Shown here piece after piece: positions 7,652 through 13,006 of a stretch of DNA of 13,897 bases. The DNA is from Candidatus Woesearchaeota archaeon (GTDB lineage: Archaea; Nanobdellota; Nanobdellia; Pacearchaeales; GW2011-AR1). The stretch covers positions 1-13,897 of the forward strand of contig CAYICW010000004.1 of NCBI GenBank assembly GCA_964362025.1. Reading direction: 5' to 3'. The translations under genes and the position numbers were made by a program. Numbering within the stretch: position 1 is the stretch's first letter; each line of letters starts with the position of its first letter. The notes beneath the pieces are model-generated. The model had not been told where the DNA came from. It was given only the letters and a program-made list of their open reading frames with translations, and ran no database searches.

Positions 7652-8215
7652 ATGGAAAGCATCCTGGTTGCAGACATTATGACTAGGGATCCTGTAAGCA
7701 TCGAGCCGGGCGCCACTCTTCTGGATTGCGCAAAGATGATGGTAAAAAAAAGAGTCGGGAGCCTTCTTATTGTTCACAAGAAAAAATTATTGGGATTTAT
7801 TGACGAAAAAGACATATTGTGGGCCATGATAAAGAAATCCAAAGATGATCTTTCAAAAATAATGGCTCTTGACATAGCCCCCAGGAAGATAGCAACAATA
7901 AATCCTTTCATAAGCATAAAGGAAGCTGTAAAAAAAATGAAAAAACTGAAGTTTGAAAGGCTTCCGGTCATACACAACGGCGAATTAGTTGGGATAATCA
8001 CCTCCAAGGACATACTGGAATTCTATCCGGAATTATATTCTGAGCTTGATGAGATGTCTGCAATAAGGGAGGAATACAGAAAGCTTCTAAGAGTCAAAAA
8101 AGCGCAGATAATACCAAGAACCCGTGATGGAATATGCGAAGAATGCGGAAAAAGGGACATCCTGTTCAAGGTGAACGGGATGCTTATGTGCGAAAGCTGC
8201 AGAAGCCGGATATAA
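7652..8215 (+). CDS. CBS-domain pair protein with C-terminal CxxC...CxxC zinc ribbon (187 aa)
   Basis: Two CBS modules are present (VADIMTRDPVSIEP...VGSLLIV.....LLGFIDEKDIL and ...INPFISIKEAVKKM....ERLPVIHNGELVGIITSKDIL). The C-terminus is CEECGKRDILFKVNGMLMCESC. Confidence 0.9.
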   Translation: MESILVADIMTRDPVSIEPGATLLDCAKMMVKKRVGSLLIVHKKKLLGFIDEKDILWAMIKKSKDDLSKIMALDIAPRKIATINPFISIKEAVKKMKKLKFERLPVIHNGELVGIITSKDILEFYPELYSELDEMSAIREEYRKLLRVKKAQIIPRTRDGICEECGKRDILFKVNGMLMCESCRSRI

Positions 8216-8315
8216 TTTAGATGTTAAAGCGCATACTATCCTTGCAGGCAAAATATAATTTTAGTTAAGTATTTAAATAATATCCTTGTCTTATAAGCAA
8301 ATAAGGTAAAAACAA

Positions 8316-8819
8316 ATGTCAGAAAAAGAGACAATATTCTCGAGCAAGATAAAATACAACGGGGTTTTTTCTTTTACGGAATTTTATAAGTTTTGCTATG
8401 AATGGTTAAGTGACGAAACTGGATTAAGCATCCATGAAGATAAGTATGGGGAAAAGCTAATGGGAGATTCAAAAGAGATAGTGGTTGAATGGACTGGCGA
8501 GAAAAAAATGACTGACTACTTCAAATTTGAGGCAAAAATAACAATTAAGGTAAAAGATCTGACAAAAGTTGAGGCTAATCAGGGCGGGGCGAAGGTGCAG
8601 ATGAACAAAGGCAGCGTTGAAGTCGGAATAAAGGGCAATCTTGTAAGGGATTATGAAGGAAAATTTGAGACAACTGCTTTCAAGAAATTTTTAAGAAGCA
8701 TATATGAAAAATGGGTTATTGCATCGAGGATAGAGCATTATGAGGACAAAATAATCGGCAGCTGCGATGAGTTCTTGTCGCAGGCAAAAGCCTATCTTGA
8801 TCTTGAGGGAAAACGGTAA
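8316..8819 (+). CDS. Hypothetical protein (167 aa)
   Basis: Clean ORF with typical codon composition. No family recognised. Its last five codons and stop (GAGGGAAAACGGTAA) form the start of the 51-bp tandem repeat. Confidence 0.7.
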   Translation: MSEKETIFSSKIKYNGVFSFTEFYKFCYEWLSDETGLSIHEDKYGEKLMGDSKEIVVEWTGEKKMTDYFKFEAKITIKVKDLTKVEANQGGAKVQMNKGSVEVGIKGNLVRDYEGKFETTAFKKFLRSIYEKWVIASRIEHYEDKIIGSCDEFLSQAKAYLDLEGKR

Positions 8820-8917
8820 ATTTTTCCGCGTCGTTTTATTTAATGAAAAACGCCGGAGGGAAAACGGTAAATTTTTCCGCGTCGTTTTATTTAATGAAAA
8901 ACGCCGGAGGGAAAACG
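8805..8917. repeat. Perfect 51-bp tandem duplication (8805-8855 and 8856-8906) plus an 11-nt third start (8907-8917); a further degenerate box GAGGAAAACGATGA lies at 8937-8950
   Basis: The unit is GAGGGAAAACGGTAAATTTTTCCGCGTCGTTTTATTTAATGAAAAACGCCG and the two copies are identical by eye. Each unit holds two 6-bp hairpins, GGAAAA-n8-TTTTCC and CGTTTT-n9-AAAACG, plus T-tracts. Confidence 0.9.
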
Positions 8918-8954
8918 ATGAAATTGAAAAAAGACAGAGGAAAACGATGACATA

Positions 8955-8968
8955 GAAATCTTTAAATA
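8955..8968 (+). promoter_or_regulatory. BRE/TATA promoter (gaaatctttaaata) for the 8990 gene
   Basis: Consensus motif with 21 nt between its end and the ATG at 8990. Confidence 0.5.
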
Positions 8969-8989
8969 CAAATTCTTTCTGATTTGAAT

Positions 8990-10375
8990 ATGAAAAGAGT
9001 ATTTATTTTAATGATTCTGCTTGTATTGGCTCTTCCATTTGTGCTTTCTTTGAATTTAAATGTCGAGAAAACAAGCTCTGGAGAGGTTATGATTGCTGAC
9101 TTGAAAAAACCGGCTGATTTTAACCTTAAAATAGCAAATCTGGGCGCGGCAGACTATATAGAATTTTATAATTTGCTTGGATTTCAGATGTTTCCCATCG
9201 GAACAACCTATATCGGCGCTGGAGAAACAAAAGAGATAGTTTTGAGGGTTTCCCCCCTAGGAGACCTAAAAACAAGGGGGCATTACACCTTTGATTATTT
9301 CATAAGGGGAGGAGACAAGTCAGAGACAAAACAAACATTGACTTTCCAGATAATAGATTTGAAGGATGCTTTTGAGGTTGGCTCTGGAAATATAGAAACA
9401 CAATCAATGTCCCTTCAGATATATATTCATAATAAAAATAACTTCAACTTTGGAAATATAACCGCCAAATTCAATTCAGCCTTCTTTGATTTTGAAAAGC
9501 AATTCAGCCTTGGACCATATGAAAGAAAAAATTTTGACATTCAATTAAACAAAGAGGACTTCAATAGCCTGATGGCAGGATTCTATACCTTGAATGTTGA
9601 GGCAGAGGTTGGGGGAAAGACCGCTGAGATTGAGGGTGTCATAAAATATGCTGAAAAAGATGTGCTGGCAACAAGCTCAACAAATTACGGATTTGTAATA
9701 AACACAGAAGTTATCAAAAAAATAAATGAGGGGAATGTTGTTGCGCAAACAGAAACAGTAGTCAAAAAAAACATTATTTCGAGGCTATTTACAACCCTTA
9801 CTCCTGAACCAGACAGTGTTGACAGGCAGGGCTTGACTGTTTATTATGTATGGAACAGGGAATTAAATCCAGGGGAAACGCTGGAGATAACAGCAAGAAC
9901 CAACTGGCTGTTCCCTCTTGTTGTTATATTATTGATTGTGGCAATAGTTTTGCTTGTGAAACAATATTCAAGGACCAACATTGTGCTGAAGAAAAGAGTT
10001 AATTTTGTAAGGGCCAAGGGAGGCGAATTTGCGCTAAAGGTTTCCATATTTGTGAATGCAAAAAAATATGTGGAAAGAGTAAACATAATAGACAGGCTTC
10101 CTCCTCTTGTGAAGCTGTATGAAAGATACGGCGGGGAAAAGCCAACAAGAATCGACGAGAAGAACAGGAAACTGGAATGGAATTTCGAGAAGCTTGAAGC
10201 AGGGGAAACAAGAGCATTGTCCTACATAATATTCTCAAAGGTTGGAATATTGGGAAAATTCGCGCTTCCATCTGCAAGCGCAATATATGAAAAAGACGGG
10301 GAAATAAACGAGACAGAATCCAATAAGGCTTTCTTTATAACAGAGCCAAGAGTCAAGGGTCCTGAAGAGAGATAA
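8990..10375 (+). CDS. Bitopic membrane protein (~461 aa): signal peptide, large beta-sandwich-like ectodomain, one TM helix, and a further CARDB/DUF11-like beta domain after the TM
   Basis: The track starts at a TTG (8984), but the ATG at 8990 fits the promoter spacing better. The signal-like N-terminus is MKRVFILMILLVLALPFVLS. The TM helix is WLFPLVVILLIVAIVLLV. Recurrent motifs of the type ...GET.E(I/L)....(V/Y).. occur (GAGETKEIVLRV, NPGETLEITART, EAGETRALSYIIF), as in CARDB/DUF11-type archaeal surface domains. Confidence 0.8.
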   Translation: MKRVFILMILLVLALPFVLSLNLNVEKTSSGEVMIADLKKPADFNLKIANLGAADYIEFYNLLGFQMFPIGTTYIGAGETKEIVLRVSPLGDLKTRGHYTFDYFIRGGDKSETKQTLTFQIIDLKDAFEVGSGNIETQSMSLQIYIHNKNNFNFGNITAKFNSAFFDFEKQFSLGPYERKNFDIQLNKEDFNSLMAGFYTLNVEAEVGGKTAEIEGVIKYAEKDVLATSSTNYGFVINTEVIKKINEGNVVAQTETVVKKNIISRLFTTLTPEPDSVDRQGLTVYYVWNRELNPGETLEITARTNWLFPLVVILLIVAIVLLVKQYSRTNIVLKKRVNFVRAKGGEFALKVSIFVNAKKYVERVNIIDRLPPLVKLYERYGGEKPTRIDEKNRKLEWNFEKLEAGETRALSYIIFSKVGILGKFALPSASAIYEKDGEINETESNKAFFITEPRVKGPEER

Positions 10376-10380
10376 GAAGG

Positions 10381-11126
10381 TTAATTATCTTTTTTAATAA
10401 CAAGGACAAAATCACCCATTTTAGGGTCGTTAAATAAATCTTCCTTTGGCCAAAGTTTAATCTCCTCAATAACCTTAAACCCTGTGGATTTTAAATCCTC
10501 CAAGAGATATTTCATAACTTACTTTATATTCGCCTTTCCTTATAGCCGAGAGGTATAATTCATTAAACAGTGCGAATAATTGTTTTTCTGTCGGTTTTTC
10601 TGTCTTTAAGAGATATTTAATTCTCTCGGCATATAATTTAGAAGCACTATCTGCAGCGCCAATTGGCTCTTTGAACTTTGAAACTAATTTCTCATAAATT
10701 ACCAAAATGCCTTTGTTAGATAAGCGATTGGAAATATTTTCAAGGTATGCTCTTTTTTCTGTATCTTTAATATGATGATAAGAAGAAGTGGCTACAATAA
10801 CATCAAATTTTTCAGGAATTCTTACTTTAACAGCATCTTCCTGAATAAATTTATAATTTGGATATTTTATTAACTGACTTTTTGCAAAGTCCAAAAACGA
10901 TTTGTTTATATCTACTCCCACATAAGAAACATTCTTTAATTTAGTCAGCCATTTTTCTAGGAAAAATACCTGTGCCACAGCATAAATCCAAAATATTTAT
11001 TTTTGAGAAGCCCTTCGTGAATTCCTGAATATTTTTGAAAACCTCATCAAAGTTTTTTCTTTCTAAATTAGTATCTATATATTCATCATATATTCTTGGG
11101 TCTAATTCACATAGGCTGTCTGACAT
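10381..11126 (-). pseudogene. Class I SAM-dependent methyltransferase interrupted by two +1 frameshifts (three ORF fragments)
   Basis: Fragment 1 (11126/11192-10941) ends in motif I, ILDLCCGTGIF. Fragment 2 (10978-10475, one base offset) continues EKWLTKLKNVSYVGVDINKSFLDFAK...FDVIVATSSYHHI...GILVIYE. Fragment 3 (10518-10381, one more base offset, not in the ORF track) reads (K)YLLEDLKSTGFKVIEEIKLWPKEDLFNDPKMGDFVLVIKKDN*, a typical methyltransferase C-terminus. The first break lies at the T5/A5 runs in GGTATTTTTCCTAGAAAAATGG (about 10950-10970). Confidence 0.7.
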
Positions 11127-11244
11127 TATTATAATAGTCTTGGAGGGGTATTTATTATTTTCTATATTGCTAATTATCCTGATATTAATCAAATTTCTTT
11201 CAATAACAAACCTTAAAAATCAATATCCTCTTTTATTTTCATAT

Positions 11245-11388
11245 CCCTCCATAGCTCAGTGGCAGAGCGTTCGGCTGTAGATTATTTAAGCGAATCTAAG
11301 GCGGATATTCCCTACGACGGAAATTAAATGAAACCCCAAAAGCCGAGCAGTACCCGAGAGATCCCCGGTTCGAGTCCGGGTGGAGGGA
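11245..11388 (+). tRNA. tRNA-Tyr (anticodon GTA at 11277-11279) with a ~72-nt intron at the canonical 37/38 position; CCA not encoded
   Basis: Manual fold. Acceptor CCCTCCA/TGGAGGG with C1-G72 (the archaeal/eukaryal Tyr identity pair). D arm GCTC-AGTGGCA-GAGC. Anticodon stem TTCGG (11270-74)/CCGAG (11354-58). Variable loop AGATC. T arm CCCGG-TTCGAGT-CCGGG. Discriminator A at 11388. Confidence 0.85.
11281..11352 (+). other. tRNA-Tyr intron (~72 nt) with a bulge-helix-bulge-like splice motif
   Basis: C75-T76-G77-T78 pair with G47-C48-A49-G50 (coordinates 113xx/112xx) to form a 4-bp central helix. It is flanked by a 3-nt bulge AGA (11279-81) on the 5' strand and TAC (11351-53) on the 3' strand. 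The outer helix is weak (T-A, T.G). An internal ATTTAA(11284-89)/TTAAAT(11324-29) stem is present. Exact splice sites may be off by 1 nt. Confidence 0.6.
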
Positions 11389-11393
11389 TTTTT
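11389..11393 (+). terminator. Oligo-T tract (T5) immediately after the tRNA discriminator base
   Basis: TTTTT follows A11388. Oligo-T tracts are the usual archaeal termination signal. Confidence 0.4.
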
Positions 11394-11427
11394 ATAATCT
11401 ATGTTAGATGCTATATATAACAACAGA

Positions 11428-11441
11428 GAAATCTTTATATA
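11428..11441 (+). promoter_or_regulatory. BRE/TATA promoter (gaaatctttatata), the best consensus copy in the window, upstream of two micro-ORFs
   Basis: There are 22 nt between the motif end and the ATG at 11464, the same spacing as the vapB and 8990 promoters. Confidence 0.5.
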
Positions 11442-11463
11442 GCGAGGGAAGGCATCCTCAAAA

Positions 11464-11559
11464 ATGCAAGACGAGGAAATCAACGCATTTCCGAGAAATA
11501 AAGATTGTATAGAAATATTTAAAAATCAGGCATATTTATTAAAAAATAATAAAAAATGA
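11464..11559 (+). CDS. Candidate micro-protein (31 aa, MQDEEINAFPRNKDCIEIFKNQAYLLKNNKK)
   Basis: Not in the ORF track because it is too short. The ATG is at leaderless distance from a consensus promoter. Its stop overlaps the next ATG (ATGA at 11556-11559). Confidence 0.3.
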   Translation: MQDEEINAFPRNKDCIEIFKNQAYLLKNNKK

Positions 11560-11660
11560 GGTCAAAAGGGGATAAAACTATTGAGTTAGTTCCGGAAGAG
11601 GAAGAAGATCAGGAAGAGTTATTTGAAGAGGAGATTGATTCTTTGGATCTTGACGGTTAA
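11556..11660 (+). CDS. Candidate acidic micro-protein (34 aa, MRSKGDKTIELVPEEEEDQEELFEEEIDSLDLDG)
   Basis: ATGA-coupled to the preceding micro-ORF. It is followed by T-tracts (taatttttatttttt). Its stop overlaps the stop of the convergent metzincin gene within TTAA (11657-11660). Confidence 0.35.
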   Translation: MRSKGDKTIELVPEEEEDQEELFEEEIDSLDLDG

Positions 11661-12571
11661 TTTTTATTTTTTATATTTAAATTTATTCCATTATTCTCCT
11701 TGCTTAACTCGGCTTCGTCGGAAGATACAATGAATTTCAGTTCACTGGTTTTTATCTGTAGCACCAGAATATTTTTAAGAGTTATTTTTGTGCCATAACC
11801 TATTTTCAATTCCTCTATATCCAGTTCTTTTATCAGTTTTCCATCGGCATATATTTCCATTGTTGAATTCTTAGAGTCCGCAAGGCCCTCGTTCATAACC
11901 GTGATATTTGCATCCAAATATTTTCCATGCATGACTGCGGACGCATTTTCTATGGACAAATCAATATAACTTGGAGTGGAATATAAATTGTTTATTGTGT
12001 CTATCATGTCCTGACTTATTTCCTGATTGCAGCTGCTAAAATTATACATTATATTATTTGGATTTGGAGAATGGTCAAATCCAAGAACATGAAACAGCTC
12101 ATGTATTCCCACATTTGGACTAGCGCATTGTGATTCTCTTATTAGAAGAATTTGCCCTCCTTTTATAACATTAAAATTGGAAGTCATTGTTACGTTTGTC
12201 GGGCCTCCTTCTCCAGCGATAAACAATTCCCCCTCTCTTTTATTTTTTGAATCGCATGTCACACTTATTTCCTCGTTGCTTACAACCTGATAAAAATTCA
12301 ACGAGGTTTTATTGGCGATTATTCCAAAAGCCCTTTCCATATCTTCCTGCTTGCCAAGCGGGCAATTATCTACACGGTAGGAAATGTTCAAGGTTGGAAA
12401 TCTCATATTAGGATGAAACTGCATTCCCTTGTCTGATGCATTCAGGCTAAAATTATAATTTCGCTCTTTAAATCCAAAGTTAATATCATTAAATGGAACT
12501 ATCCAATAAAGACCTAAAAGGATAATTACCACAAGGAAAAAGACAAAACTTAAAAAAATCCTTAGGTTCAT
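11657..12571 (-). CDS. Membrane-anchored zinc metalloprotease of the metzincin clan (matrixin-like HExxHxxGxxHS) with a C-terminal CARDB-like beta-sandwich (304 aa)
   Basis: The N-terminal TM is IFLSFVFFLVVIILLGLYWIV. The zinc site HELFHVLGFDHS lies at nt 12103-12068 and is followed by the Met-turn NNIMY. The C-terminal ~100 aa (LSIENASAVMHGKYLDANITVMNEGLADSKNSTMEIYADGKLI...) resemble CARDB. A TATA box, ttttatataa (minus strand, 12601-12592), lies 20 nt upstream of the ATG. Confidence 0.85.
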   Translation of the reverse strand: MNLRIFLSFVFFLVVIILLGLYWIVPFNDINFGFKERNYNFSLNASDKGMQFHPNMRFPTLNISYRVDNCPLGKQEDMERAFGIIANKTSLNFYQVVSNEEISVTCDSKNKREGELFIAGEGGPTNVTMTSNFNVIKGGQILLIRESQCASPNVGIHELFHVLGFDHSPNPNNIMYNFSSCNQEISQDMIDTINNLYSTPSYIDLSIENASAVMHGKYLDANITVMNEGLADSKNSTMEIYADGKLIKELDIEELKIGYGTKITLKNILVLQIKTSELKFIVSSDEAELSKENNGINLNIKNKN

Positions 12572-12682
12572 ATTAGTATATTAATGCTAAATTATATAAA
12601 ACTTGTTAAAAAACTTTATCCCTAATCCACAATGGACAAGAGGGACAAGAAAAATAAAAAAGAAATAGATTAAATAAAAAGT

Positions 12683-12907
12683 TTAATAATCCATATCCCA
12701 ATCATCAGCGTCCTTTTTTTCTTCGTCTTCTTCTGTTTCCTCGCCAGTTTCCTCGCCAGTTTCTTCCTCAGGCTCTTTTATCAAAGATGTGCTCTTTTTT
12801 TCGTTTTCTTTTTTCATCTCAAAGACAAAAGTTTGAATGTCTTTTAAAGTTTTCTGTGGTTTTTTGGGGTTTTTTAATTGCTTAGCTTTAAATACTATAT
12901 AAATCAT
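12683..12907 (-). CDS. Hypothetical small protein (up to 74 aa) with a basic N-terminal half and a highly acidic C-terminal tail ending DDWDMDY
   Basis: ORF from the track. It contains the codon-level tandem repeat GEET x3. The start is uncertain (Met1 at 12907 or Met31 at 12817). No family recognised. Confidence 0.4.
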   Translation of the reverse strand: MIYIVFKAKQLKNPKKPQKTLKDIQTFVFEMKKENEKKSTSLIKEPEEETGEETGEETEEDEEKKDADDWDMDY

Positions 12908-13006
12908 TTTTAATTATAATCGTTGGAAATAGAGCTTTCGGGCATGAACTTGCTTTATCAATGTTCAGTCTTGGCATACTATTTCTGTTATAAAGTAAGT
13001 TAAAAT

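Noticed and set aside
7224-8013. ORFs 7224-7490 (+), 7556-7777 (-) and 7774-8013 (-)
   Set aside because: They are antisense to the 108-aa ORF or the CBS gene, or they span the divergent promoter region. The peptides are low-complexity and lack signals.
8805-8950. Possible CRISPR array
   Set aside because: There are only two full copies, and they abut directly with no spacers. The unit is 51 bp and includes a coding 3' end. No cas genes or leader are present. This is a plain tandem duplication.
8767-8955. 62-aa ORF with an internally repeated peptide (ENGKFFRVVLFNEKRRR x2)
   Set aside because: The peptide repeat is simply the 51-bp (17-codon) DNA tandem repeat read in another frame. The ORF starts inside the 3' end of the 167-aa gene and runs across T-tract/hairpin sequence. 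It has no promoter or SD.
9844-10283. Minus-strand ORFs 9844-10086 and 9999-10283
   Set aside because: They are antisense to the 3' part of the 8990-10375 membrane-protein gene and have no independent support.
11035-11280. 81-aa plus-strand ORF
   Set aside because: It is antisense to the methyltransferase N-terminal fragment and runs into the tRNA 5' exon. The peptide is a hydrophobic low-complexity artefact of AT-rich sequence.
11245-11388. Alternative tRNA fold using the first CCGAG (11343-11347) as the anticodon-stem 3' strand, giving a ~62-nt intron and a 16-nt variable arm
   Set aside because: The would-be variable arm CAGTACCCGAGAGATC forms no convincing stem. Archaeal tRNA-Tyr is class I with a short variable loop. 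The sequence preceding that CCGAG cannot form the central BHB helix with the anticodon loop, whereas the second CCGAG gives a 4-bp helix plus 3-nt bulges.
11286-11483. 65-aa minus-strand ORF
   Set aside because: It overlaps the intron and 3' exon of tRNA-Tyr and the promoter of the micro-ORF unit. It has no supporting signals.
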